From the IMG/VR virus record IMGVR_UViG_3300034072_000926, positions 41,621 through 105,620 of that record: a DNA stretch of 64,000 bases; one strand, written 5' to 3'. The stretch comes from a virus. Position 1 is the stretch's first letter. The number at the start of each line of letters is the position of its first letter. Position numbers and translations under genes: made by a program. Below are positions 9,531-17,865 of the stretch, one piece after another. Under the pieces are notes generated by a model. The model was given only the letters and a program-made list of their open reading frames with translations. It was not told where the DNA came from and did no database searches.

Positions 9531-9778
9531 ACGTTCAGTGTCGTAACTTCATAAAGAGTAACGATGGTAACAAATTTCTCGGGTGTGTCACAACTGATGC
9601 ACCCGAGACGTTCAAGCTTTGGCTCGCAATGGCTTGTCCTACAAGCCAGCAAGTTCTTATATTTGAACGCAATGATGGAGCCATACGAGAAGAGGGCGGC
9701 TATCGTTGGAGGCTCAATATCGTCCTGAATGATCGGAAAGAAGCCCTTATGTTCAAGCTTCGTTGGTATGGCGCATGA
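9515..9778 (+). CDS. FKLxWGG-tail paralog family member
   Basis: 87 aa; C-terminus EALMFKLRWYGA; overlaps previous stop (ATG 9515 or GTG overlapping TGA). Confidence 0.55.
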   Translation: MGRFVNVQCRNFIKSNDGNKFLGCVTTDAPETFKLWLAMACPTSQQVLIFERNDGAIREEGGYRWRLNIVLNDRKEALMFKLRWYGA

Positions 9779-10047
9779 GCTTCTCTAACTGGTATGCTGT
9801 CTGGTATGAGCCAGAACCCGATGACATTATGGCCTACATCTCTATGGAGAAAATTGCCGTCATAGGCGGTGCCGAAAACAATGGAACCTATGAGGCTTTC
9901 CAGATCAATCAGGGTAATGCCATCCTGTCTAAGTGGTGTAGAGTAAATTGCAAATCGCCGGGCAAACCTGTAAATGTGCGTGGTGAACCTGCGTGGGCCT
10001 TTAAGGACGCCCAAGATGCTTTGCTGTTCAAACTAACTTGGGGTTAA
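9763..10047 (+). CDS. FKLxWGG-tail paralog family member
   Basis: 94 aa; C-terminus DALLFKLTWG. Confidence 0.55.
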   Translation: MVWRMSFSNWYAVWYEPEPDDIMAYISMEKIAVIGGAENNGTYEAFQINQGNAILSKWCRVNCKSPGKPVNVRGEPAWAFKDAQDALLFKLTWG

Positions 10048-10048
10048 G

Positions 10049-10453
10049 ATGTACCACGGCAACAAACAATTCGACCTAGAGACAACAGCTAAATTCTGGC
10101 TACTTCAGATTCGTGGCATTCGTATCAGCTATTATGGCAAGGAAGGCTATTCTGCGATCGATTGGTGTACGGCAAATGTAAAGGGTCATTGGGGTTGGAA
10201 CCATGAACCTGAACTGATCAAAAATAGTGATATCGTTAAGAACATTGACTATCATTTCACTGGCATCTGGCCCAAGGCCGAAGAAGATGATGAAACCAGA
10301 ATGATGAACGCTATGGCTCGTCAATTACAGCAAGACATAGATGATGAAATTTTAGAGAAACTCGGGGTAAAGAGGATTCGTCCCTCAGGTTATTTCTGGT
10401 TCGATAACAATGACGACGCAATGCTGTTCAAGCTGACCTGGGGTGGTGAATGA
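10049..10453 (+). CDS. FKLxWGG-tail paralog family member
   Basis: 134 aa; C-terminus DAMLFKLTWGGE; starts 1 nt after previous stop. Confidence 0.6.
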   Translation: MYHGNKQFDLETTAKFWLLQIRGIRISYYGKEGYSAIDWCTANVKGHWGWNHEPELIKNSDIVKNIDYHFTGIWPKAEEDDETRMMNAMARQLQQDIDDEILEKLGVKRIRPSGYFWFDNNDDAMLFKLTWGGE

Positions 10454-10740
10454 AGGATTACGATTTCGTCACAGTTTATCTCCCCTATGTTGGTGCAGTT
10501 GCCCGTGGAGAGTATAGCCACTTGATCTCTGAGGAAGTGGTTGCATGGCTCAATGAACACGTAGGCAACGGCACCGTTTCATATCGTCACTGGTTGCTCA
10601 ACTACGACAATGACACCTACCAGTGGACCTATAAGGGAACTGATTACTCCTCTGAATCTCATCATACAAAGATAGTCAGAGCATTCTGCTTCAAAGACAT
10701 AGACAAAGCCAGCCTATTCAAATTGGTATGGGGTGGATAA
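10450..10740 (+). CDS. FKLxWGG-tail paralog family member
   Basis: 96 aa; C-terminus KASLFKLVWGG; ATGA overlap with previous gene. Confidence 0.6.
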   Translation: MKDYDFVTVYLPYVGAVARGEYSHLISEEVVAWLNEHVGNGTVSYRHWLLNYDNDTYQWTYKGTDYSSESHHTKIVRAFCFKDIDKASLFKLVWGG

Positions 10741-11186
10741 GTAGATTTATGCAATCTACTCGTGCCAAATATCTAACAGAATATCGTGCTTTACGAAATG
10801 CAATTCACCGTTGTCATAACAGCAAGAATAAGCAATATAAAGACTATGGCGGACGAGGTATAACCGTCTTTGATGAATGGCATACTGATTTTGACGCATT
10901 TATAAAACATATAGGACCTAAGCCTAGTCCTGATTTGACCTTAGAACGTATAGATAATGATAAGGGATATGAGCCTAATAATGTTACATGGGCGACTAGG
11001 TCTGAGCAGCAATACAACAGAAGATCACATAGTTCAGCGGCCCGAATTACAATCAACGGGCAATCTTATACCTTGAATGAATGGTCAAAGATAAGTGGAA
11101 TAAATGCCACTACTTTACGATCAAGATTAAATAAAGGTGTAAGCCAATCTGAATTACTAAATCCAGTTGGTAAAACTGGAGTTTAG
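10728..11186 (+). CDS. HNH/AP2-type homing endonuclease-like protein
   Basis: YGGRGI motif, LERIDNDKGYEPNNVTWATRSEQ motif, C-terminal helix-turn-helix-like tail (NEWSKISGI..TLRSRL); start probably ATG 10749 just after previous stop. Confidence 0.55.
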   Translation: MGWISRFMQSTRAKYLTEYRALRNAIHRCHNSKNKQYKDYGGRGITVFDEWHTDFDAFIKHIGPKPSPDLTLERIDNDKGYEPNNVTWATRSEQQYNRRSHSSAARITINGQSYTLNEWSKISGINATTLRSRLNKGVSQSELLNPVGKTGV

Positions 11187-11187
11187 A

Positions 11188-11484
11188 ATGAAAGTAGCAT
11201 ATAACTTCCTACCTGATTACCAATTCCCTCATTGGATAGATCACAGCACAACACCTGCTAGTGACAACCTCACTCACTTCATGAATGTCAACGAATGGTG
11301 CGGCAAGCAATTCGGGGACCTTGGTGTGAATTGGGGTTATGAGCGCAAGACTGATACCTCATCTGCGCCGAACGGGATGAACCCTGTCAGGGTGCGTCTG
11401 CATTATACCACAATTCATTACAGCTGGCGTTTCAAGAACAAGGAAGATGCTGCTTTGTTCAAACTCACGTGGGGTGGCGCGTGA
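11188..11484 (+). CDS. FKLxWGG-tail paralog family member
   Basis: C-terminus DAALFKLTWGGA; ATG 11188 preceded by GGAG, TAGAATG junction with endonuclease gene (track start 11167). Confidence 0.55.
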   Translation: MKVAYNFLPDYQFPHWIDHSTTPASDNLTHFMNVNEWCGKQFGDLGVNWGYERKTDTSSAPNGMNPVRVRLHYTTIHYSWRFKNKEDAALFKLTWGGA

Positions 11485-11783
11485 AGCTTACAGAATACGA
11501 AACAGTCTCGATCTATGTTCCAGAGAGTCGACGACTAGGCTCGGGTAGCGGACAGAGCTTTAAGCTCAACCCTGACCTTATTGAATGGGCTGATATGATG
11601 TACGGCTACAAGGCTCCCGACATGACTTACTTCGTTGCCAACCTTGACAATGATGCTTATGGTTGGGCGCATGGTGGTATGGCAGCTAGTCCTAATCCTC
11701 TCGATAATCGCCTCTATCGCAAGTTCATGTTCAAGAAGGAATCTGATGCCTTGATGTTCAAATTGACATGGGGTGGCAATTGA
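11481..11783 (+). CDS. FKLxWGG-tail paralog family member
   Basis: C-terminus DALMFKLTWGGN; GTG start overlapping TGA of previous (GTGA). Confidence 0.55.
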   Translation: MKLTEYETVSIYVPESRRLGSGSGQSFKLNPDLIEWADMMYGYKAPDMTYFVANLDNDAYGWAHGGMAASPNPLDNRLYRKFMFKKESDALMFKLTWGGN

Positions 11784-12064
11784 GTGGATATCAGATCAGG
11801 TTCAATATCGAGGACATCTACGAGATTCAAGAACATTTCGGCTTAACGTGGGAATGTCTGACCGTCGGAATGCGTCGAGAGCATGAAAAGGAATGGATAT
11901 TAAATCTCACCAGAGTTATTGACGCGTTAACTCAATGGTGTAAGGATAACGGTATAAGGCAATACTGGTTTGGCTACACTCAGATCGAATTGTGCGTAAC
12001 CTTTCAAGAGAAGAAGGACGCGATGCTATTCAAGTTGAGGTGGCATAATGGTAAGAGAAGTTGA
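11768..12064 (+). CDS. FKLxWGG-tail paralog family member (divergent tail)
   Basis: 98 aa; C-terminus DAMLFKLRWHNGKRS. Confidence 0.5.
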   Translation: MGWQLSGYQIRFNIEDIYEIQEHFGLTWECLTVGMRREHEKEWILNLTRVIDALTQWCKDNGIRQYWFGYTQIELCVTFQEKKDAMLFKLRWHNGKRS

Positions 12065-12251
12065 GACAGGATATGTGGGATTCAACCCACCAGTCTATCA
12101 CAAGTCTGATCGGTATTATCGAATTTGGGAGATCATTGACGAAATGAATCTCCGTCGTACGGTTGCCTTCATGTATCAAGGCAATATGGAATTGGTAGGG
12201 CTAGGCTTCCCTACGAAACAAGAAGCAATGATTTTCAGGTTGAAACTATAA
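12048..12251 (+). CDS. small protein, degenerate family tail
   Basis: 67 aa; C-terminus EAMIFRLKL; overlaps neighbours. Confidence 0.4.
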   Translation: MVREVETGYVGFNPPVYHKSDRYYRIWEIIDEMNLRRTVAFMYQGNMELVGLGFPTKQEAMIFRLKL

Positions 12252-12502
12252 TGGGAACAGTTCACAGAAACGGCATACCGCCCAAGCGTCTTCCTTTCAA
12301 GAAGGTCCAAACCTATTCCGATATGGAGTTCAATGAAGAACTCATCACGAAATGGGCAAGGGAACAACTGGAGAACCACATGCAATATGACATCGTGGTC
12401 TTCAATGGCACGAAAGGGAAGCTCAACCGTTCTATTGAGTTCACAGCCTGGTTTCAGACTAAGATTGATGCTGAACGCTTCCAGAAGAAATGGATGAAGT
12501 GA
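12251..12502 (+). CDS. small protein, weak family tail
   Basis: 83 aa; C-terminus DAERFQKKWMK; TAATG overlap. Confidence 0.4.
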   Translation: MGTVHRNGIPPKRLPFKKVQTYSDMEFNEELITKWAREQLENHMQYDIVVFNGTKGKLNRSIEFTAWFQTKIDAERFQKKWMK

Positions 12503-12795
12503 ACAATCAGATCTACATTGTTGATCGCGTGGATCAGGTCAAGTGGTATATCGACGAAGAGACTGCGATGACCTTCTGTCTACAGATGGATAAGAATCAT
12601 CGAGTCATCCGAAACTGGCTAATGGAAATGACCTCCAACACCGTGGTCATAAGTGGTCAGGGCGTCATGCCTCGTATGGGATCGAGTGATCATCCCAACA
12701 ATGTCTACCAATCCATTTCCCGTGACCAATTCAAACTCTATTTCGCAGACGCAGACGATGCAATGCTGTTCAAACTAACTTGGGGTGGCGAATGA
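12490..12795 (+). CDS. FKLxWGG-tail paralog family member
   Basis: 101 aa; C-terminus DAMLFKLTWGGE. Confidence 0.6.
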   Translation: MDEVNNQIYIVDRVDQVKWYIDEETAMTFCLQMDKNHRVIRNWLMEMTSNTVVISGQGVMPRMGSSDHPNNVYQSISRDQFKLYFADADDAMLFKLTWGGE

Positions 12796-12974
12796 CCACG
12801 TGCAAACTCTACAAGGCTTATCTCCTTAGCGATCGTGTCGAGGGTCCTAATATTCTGACTTTCTATGCCTACCACATGAGTGAGAAAGCAGCCAAGCAGG
12901 CTGCTATTCGTTGGGCTCAAGGTCAACATCCTGGCGCAAGCATCACCCTCGATAAAGTTGACTTGCTCTCATAA
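12792..12974 (+). CDS. small hypothetical protein (no family tail)
   Basis: ATGA overlap with previous gene; 60 aa; lacks the motif. Confidence 0.35.
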   Translation: MTTCKLYKAYLLSDRVEGPNILTFYAYHMSEKAAKQAAIRWAQGQHPGASITLDKVDLLS

Positions 12975-12991
12975 CTCACTATTATGGGCTT

Positions 12992-13348
12992 ATGAAAATA
13001 AGCTTCTGTCCTTGGCGTTCCCTGTCGCACCCTTACAGGGTCCAGTGGGGCTCTGTCTATGATTTAGTAACGCAGCAAAGCTCTGGTCCTAGAAGTTCTG
13101 AGGACTTCGCTCTGCGCGCCGCATGGGTTATTCGTTCTGAGGTTCTCAAATACATCGAAGAGTTACCTGATAGGAAATTCTTGTTCTTCTTTAAGATCAA
13201 GCCTATGGCGGCTGTGGCTTGTCAAGAGGCACGGTATATCGCAGGTCGTGCTGGACGAGTAACAGCCTTCCCTATACCTAAGCCTTTAATGTTCGCTCGC
13301 AAGAGTGACATTATGATGTTTAAGCTTCGTTTCGGCGGTCGTCTGTAA
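12992..13348 (+). CDS. FKLxWGG-tail paralog family member (divergent)
   Basis: 118 aa; C-terminus DIMMFKLRFGGRL. Confidence 0.5.
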   Translation: MKISFCPWRSLSHPYRVQWGSVYDLVTQQSSGPRSSEDFALRAAWVIRSEVLKYIEELPDRKFLFFFKIKPMAAVACQEARYIAGRAGRVTAFPIPKPLMFARKSDIMMFKLRFGGRL

Positions 13349-13713
13349 TGGAATTGTCTGCTAGGGGATTACCGTCGCTTCGCATTACTCAGGGATACCA
13401 TGTCGTGATTCGTGCCCCTGATTATCCAGGCTTACTTCCGCATCAAGAACGTTTCAAACATGGGTTCACAAATGAACTCAAAGATTGGCTCTTAGAGCAT
13501 GTGGGTCAACCTGCGACAAATCTCACATGGGAAAATGGCGAGGGCGATTGGATTCATACTGGCTGCCGTCAAGGCAAAGTAGAATGGGTTAATGCCCATA
13601 CCCCTTCGGTCATCAACAGCATGGACTTCTATTTTAGAGACCGGCGTCGAGCGAGACGTTTCAAGATAGTCTGGGAACGCTATTTTGAGATAGCACTGGG
13701 ACCTTTCACCTAA
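13348..13713 (+). CDS. small protein, degenerate family tail
   Basis: 121 aa; RRARRFKIVWERY near C-terminus; TAATG overlap; shares the W...W..G spacing of the family. Confidence 0.45.
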   Translation: MELSARGLPSLRITQGYHVVIRAPDYPGLLPHQERFKHGFTNELKDWLLEHVGQPATNLTWENGEGDWIHTGCRQGKVEWVNAHTPSVINSMDFYFRDRRRARRFKIVWERYFEIALGPFT

Positions 13714-13717
13714 ATTA

Positions 13718-13747
13718 TTGACGCGCTTCTGGTGTGCTAAGTAAAAT
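13718..13747 (+). promoter_or_regulatory. possible sigma70-like promoter for gp52-like gene
   Basis: TTGACG(13718-13723), 18-nt spacer, TAAAAT(13742-13747). Confidence 0.35.
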
Positions 13748-13771
13748 GCACATAGAAATCAGAGGCCATCA

Positions 13772-15127
13772 ATGACCCAAAATAGCTCAAATTATATCCT
13801 AGACACATCTCGCGAATATTCTATCTACGTATGTGAATCCCGTGCAATTCCTAAGGTCACAGACGGCCTAAAGGATGCTCAGCGCAAAGCGCTCTGGCTC
13901 GTTAAGAGCAAAGCCGAAAAGATCAAGACCGTATCGTTGGCTGGTGAAATGATCTCCAGCGGACTATATCTGCACGGCGACGCATCTGCCGCCGGTGCTA
14001 TCTCGATGTTGGCTGCACCCTATGTCAATAACGTCCCGCTCCTTGATGGTATTGGTTCGTTTGGCACTCGTGTTGCGCCCGTTGATGGCATTGGTGCTCC
14101 TCGCTATACCTATGTGAAGCGTGGTAAGGCTGCGCTAGAACTCATGTTCCCAGACATGGACATCGTCCCCGTAAAGGAGAACTACGATGGATCTACCATC
14201 GAGCCTCAGCATTTTCTTCCACTTATTCCCACGGTTCTGCTCAACGGAGTCAGTGGCATCGCTGTTGGTTGGAGTACTGAAATTCTACCCCGTAGCTTCA
14301 AGAGCCTCATTGATGCTACCATAGCAATTCTTGATGGGAAGACGATCAAGCGTATCCCTCCCAGCTACGAACTCTACAATGTTGGTGTGAAGCACCTTGA
14401 GGAGAACTCTTGGGAGTTCACTGGTAAGTTGGAGATCGTTGATACCTCGACGATCAAGATCACTGAGCTACCTCCTGAACTGACCCTTGAGAAGTTCAAG
14501 GAACGACTCAATACATATGAGGACGAGAACCGAATCTCGACCTATACCGACCGTTCCACTGACACCATCGACATCACGATCAAGATGGCACGTGGCACTG
14601 TTAAGGGCTGGTCGGAATCTCGCGCAATCGAATACTTCAAGCTGAAGCAGAAGAAGAGCGAGCGTATTGTTGTCATCGACTGGAACAACACATCTATCCG
14701 TCAGTATGAGAACGCTGAACAGCTAGTCAAGGACTTTGTTGCTTGGCGTTTGGAATGGTATAAGACCCGCTACGAACACAAGCTGACCAAGGATGATTAC
14801 GAGCTTGGTTTCTGGAAAGGTGTTAAGGCTTGCTTCGATGACAAGCTTCCTGCTCGTTTGGGTTCGATCAAGAGTCGTGCTGATCTAGATGCTGATGTTC
14901 GTGTGGTTGCAGAAGCCAAGAAGGTCATCTTGGATGACAAGCGTATTGATCGCATTGTCAACTTGCCAGCACATCGTTGGACCAAAGATGCTTACGCAGA
15001 TGTGTTGGCTAAGATCAAGGAACTCGAAGCTAACATCAAGGATTACAAGGCCATTTTGAAGGACCCTGAGAGGCGCAAGTCGATCTATAGGGAAGAGCTA
15101 GAAACTCTCAAGAAGGTTAAGTTCTAA
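13772..15127 (+). CDS. DNA topoisomerase II medium subunit (T4 gp52-like, GyrA-like)
   Basis: 451 aa; N-terminal RAIPKVTDGLKDAQRKALW motif of type IIA topoisomerase A subunits; catalytic Tyr region. Confidence 0.85.
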   Translation: MTQNSSNYILDTSREYSIYVCESRAIPKVTDGLKDAQRKALWLVKSKAEKIKTVSLAGEMISSGLYLHGDASAAGAISMLAAPYVNNVPLLDGIGSFGTRVAPVDGIGAPRYTYVKRGKAALELMFPDMDIVPVKENYDGSTIEPQHFLPLIPTVLLNGVSGIAVGWSTEILPRSFKSLIDATIAILDGKTIKRIPPSYELYNVGVKHLEENSWEFTGKLEIVDTSTIKITELPPELTLEKFKERLNTYEDENRISTYTDRSTDTIDITIKMARGTVKGWSESRAIEYFKLKQKKSERIVVIDWNNTSIRQYENAEQLVKDFVAWRLEWYKTRYEHKLTKDDYELGFWKGVKACFDDKLPARLGSIKSRADLDADVRVVAEAKKVILDDKRIDRIVNLPAHRWTKDAYADVLAKIKELEANIKDYKAILKDPERRKSIYREELETLKKVKF

Positions 15128-15130
15128 AGC

Positions 15131-15160
15131 AATGGGGAGGCCAAAGCCTCCCCATTCTCA
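15131..15160. terminator. bidirectional rho-independent terminator between convergent genes
   Basis: AATGGGGAGGC-caaa-GCCTCCCCATT perfect 11-bp stem. Confidence 0.5.
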
Positions 15161-15162
15161 TA

Positions 15163-16560
15163 TCAGTCCCGACGCATGTCCATTTCGACATCGCCACAAT
15201 AGGCAGTCTTGGCCGAAACCTTGTAGGTCTCGAATGTCAGACCATCCATGATCTTTGCCTTTGCCGTGACCGAATCAGTTGAGGTATAGCTATACCGAGT
15301 CGACTGAAGCGGCACGAACAGCTTCTCGTCCAGCTTGCTGACGTCATAGTAATAGAGCCAGAGGTCATCCCGGATAGAGCTCCAGGAATTTGCCGGCGGT
15401 GCTGCGCTCCGTGCATTATACCAGTCTTTGATATCGAAGCACACCGCCTTCCCTGACATCCTGACGAAGCCCGACTTGGCCTTGATCGAGGCCGGCTTGT
15501 TGGCGAGAAGATCATCGAAGGTGTGTTCGACCTTCTCGATAGTGATGTCTCCTTCAACTGGCTTGTTCGACGTTACCGCGTAGGTGCGAACATAGTAATC
15601 GTTGGAGTTCTCACTGATCCCGTTGCTCTTGCCGTTGTTCAGGAACTGGTTGAGCTCCTGTTCGCTTGCTTCCTGGGTTCCAGGGGTGTCAGTCGGGGTG
15701 ATCTCAGCAATCTTCGGCGTGGCAACCGCGAAGTAGCCATTGCGACTGCCAGGATAGGCAAACACATAACGCTTCTTGTCGCCAATCTTGGCCTGGAAGT
15801 TGTTGGCGCTGCCCGATGCCTTGATGAAGTAGAAGACCCCGAGGTATCGACCTTCATCGCCATTCTGGAACACCACGTGGTCGCCGATGTTGAGTTCCTT
15901 GAGGCTGACCTTTTTCGCAGCACGTTCGGTATTCGCTTGAGCTGCCTTGTAGGCGTCGCTCTCGACCGGGACCAGGATGTTCTCACTACCCAGACGACCC
16001 CAGATAAGCTGTTCCTGGATCTCGCCCTTCTCCATCGTGCAGAGCATCAGGATCTGAGCAAAGTTCGCGCTGCTGATCTCGAGCTCGAAACCACGGGGAT
16101 CTTCGATGCGCCACTTCACATTGCCGTTGCCGAAAGAAGCATAACGACGCACTTCGCGCGACAGCTTGAAGCCGACCATCGGCTTGTTCTCATAGGAGAC
16201 GCCGGGAATGGAAGTGTACGACCGTGACGCATGGTCATAGACCTGTGCCCACTTGTCAACGCTTTCCTTGCGCTTCTTTGCCGCAGCATCAGTGCCGTCC
16301 GGCGTCATGAAGCCCAGAGGAGTATTATCCTGCGAGGGACGACTCTGGAATCCCACATAGTGCTGAGCAGGGAACTTGATATCCTTGTTGTCTGCGCCTA
16401 CTTTACTCATAAGGCCCCTTACTGGCTTTGGAGTTTGATATACATTGCATACCGCTTCTCGATCTTTTCGATCGCTTCGAGATACGGTGCTGCGGCTTCT
16501 TCTGCGGCTTTCTTTTTCGCCGCGTTCATTTCCAGTTTGAGTTCCTGGATCTGATTCCAC
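15163..16560 (-). CDS. hypothetical protein (465 aa; true start may be an internal Met)
   Basis: long ORF; basic/Ser-Arg-rich first 50 aa look non-protein-like; no motif recognised. Confidence 0.45.
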   Translation of the reverse strand: MESDPGTQTGNERGEKESRRRSRSTVSRSDRKDREAVCNVYQTPKPVRGLMSKVGADNKDIKFPAQHYVGFQSRPSQDNTPLGFMTPDGTDAAAKKRKESVDKWAQVYDHASRSYTSIPGVSYENKPMVGFKLSREVRRYASFGNGNVKWRIEDPRGFELEISSANFAQILMLCTMEKGEIQEQLIWGRLGSENILVPVESDAYKAAQANTERAAKKVSLKELNIGDHVVFQNGDEGRYLGVFYFIKASGSANNFQAKIGDKKRYVFAYPGSRNGYFAVATPKIAEITPTDTPGTQEASEQELNQFLNNGKSNGISENSNDYYVRTYAVTSNKPVEGDITIEKVEHTFDDLLANKPASIKAKSGFVRMSGKAVCFDIKDWYNARSAAPPANSWSSIRDDLWLYYYDVSKLDEKLFVPLQSTRYSYTSTDSVTAKAKIMDGLTFETYKVSAKTAYCGDVEMDMRRD

Positions 16561-16655
16561 ATGTCCGTGATAGCCGTGCCTTCCGAGAGGATTTCCTGCT
16601 CGGTCGTGCCCGACTTGGACATCAATTGCTTGCGAACGGTGGAGAGAATGCTCAT
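16419..16655 (-). CDS. small coiled-coil protein
   Basis: 78 aa; ATGA start/stop overlap with the upstream gene supports it. Confidence 0.35.
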   Translation of the reverse strand: MSILSTVRKQLMSKSGTTEQEILSEGTAITDMWNQIQELKLEMNAAKKKAAEEAAAPYLEAIEKIEKRYAMYIKLQSQ

Positions 16656-17152
16656 GCGATCTGCACCGTTATACCAGCCTGACGGAGGTAATTAACGGCC
16701 TCGAGGATCTTTCGATTCCACGCTTCGGCGGCAAGGTCCATAGGCTTATCGGGCATCGAGACGCTGACCCACTGGTTCACGCAACTCTCAATGGCATGCT
16801 TGGCTTCAACGAGCCCCATGCCCGTCAGACCGCGCAGTTCCTTGATCGCGTTGATCTTTTGCCACTGAGTAGTCCCATCGACATATAGTCGCAAAGTCTT
16901 CGCATTGGGGAACTTGTTGGACACAATGCCCATAATGAGGCGTGCCTTCCAGTCCTTGCCGAGGATCGGCGCGAGGGCTTCCAGGACTTCGATCGAGGTG
17001 TCTCGGGTATAGAACTGCTTGATAACGCGCAGAAAAGAAGCCGAAACTTCGTCGAGCGCGAAGAACTGATCGTCCTCAGTTTCAGGGTCAATGAGTGCCA
17101 CGGTATCTCCTTTGATTCGCCGCAGCTCTACACTCCTTGCACCGCTTGTCAA
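16652..17152 (-). CDS. protein with ribosomal L7/L12 C-terminal-domain-like region
   Basis: 166 aa; KINAIKELRGLTGMGLVEAKHAIES closely parallels L7/L12 CTD ([25 protein letters not shown]); C-terminus ..AGITVQIA like ..AGAEVEVK. Confidence 0.5.
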   Translation of the reverse strand: MTSGARSVELRRIKGDTVALIDPETEDDQFFALDEVSASFLRVIKQFYTRDTSIEVLEALAPILGKDWKARLIMGIVSNKFPNAKTLRLYVDGTTQWQKINAIKELRGLTGMGLVEAKHAIESCVNQWVSVSMPDKPMDLAAEAWNRKILEAVNYLRQAGITVQIA

Positions 17153-17796
17153 CCTTTCATATAAGTATTGTGCTGAAAAGAATATCTTGTTATTGTGGTT
17201 TAATGCCTTGGACTTTTGAACAGCGCATCCAGAGGGCTTGTCAGGCCCTCTTAGATCGAAGTGAACTTGAGGACTCTCAGGTAGAGACGCTCAAGCGACC
17301 GCTCTTCTTTGGCAAATATGCCATGGGCGTTGGCTTGTCTCTTGCACTAGATCGCTGGGGTGACTGGTTTGAGGTCAAGGATCAGGTTCATTCTCTTTTG
17401 GATGGGCTTGATACTGTGGTTCAGAGCAATCGTAAAACCTATCAATTCAATATATTCTCCAGCGATGTTACGGTTCTGCGTCGATTGATGAAGACGAGTT
17501 TCTTCACCTTCAATCACGTTCGAATCGTTGACAAAACTTGTTGGCATCTTTCTCTCCCGAAGCCCAAGCCCAAGGCTAAGTTCTACGGAGAGTTCGGGTG
17601 GAGGTTCTCTTTCAAGGACCCACACTGGGGTGATGTTAAGGAGAATATTGAATTGTTGGAAGGGTTGTCTGGGACCTACAAGTTAGTCACTCAGCCACGC
17701 ACTTTCATCTACCTCTCTATTCTCTCGGATGTTCTGCTCATAAAACTCGTCGCAAGCGAGCAACTGTTGAGCTTGGATGACCGGCACACCTTGTAG
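17137..17796 (+). CDS. hypothetical protein (219 aa)
   Basis: ORF track; no motif. Confidence 0.4.
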   Translation: MHRLSTFHISIVLKRISCYCGLMPWTFEQRIQRACQALLDRSELEDSQVETLKRPLFFGKYAMGVGLSLALDRWGDWFEVKDQVHSLLDGLDTVVQSNRKTYQFNIFSSDVTVLRRLMKTSFFTFNHVRIVDKTCWHLSLPKPKPKAKFYGEFGWRFSFKDPHWGDVKENIELLEGLSGTYKLVTQPRTFIYLSILSDVLLIKLVASEQLLSLDDRHTL

Positions 17797-17865
17797 GGTT
17801 GGTTGACAACCCTAGTGTCCACCAAGTATATTGAGAGATAGTATCAACAATTCATGAGGTGATGG

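Noticed and set aside
12780-12974. Track ORF beginning MGWRM (and similar MGW... starts at 10728, 11469, 11768)
   Set aside because: The MGW N-termini come from reading the previous gene's TGGGGTGG tail codons in another frame from alternative TTG/GTG starts. More plausible starts are the ATG/GTG codons that overlap the upstream stop, so the start coordinates were adjusted or flagged accordingly.
15523-16227. 234-aa plus-strand ORF, plus 15237..15557 and 15639..15986 minus-strand ORFs
   Set aside because: All overlap the 465-aa minus-strand gene in alternative frames and are Arg/Ser-rich with no motifs; treated as shadow ORFs.
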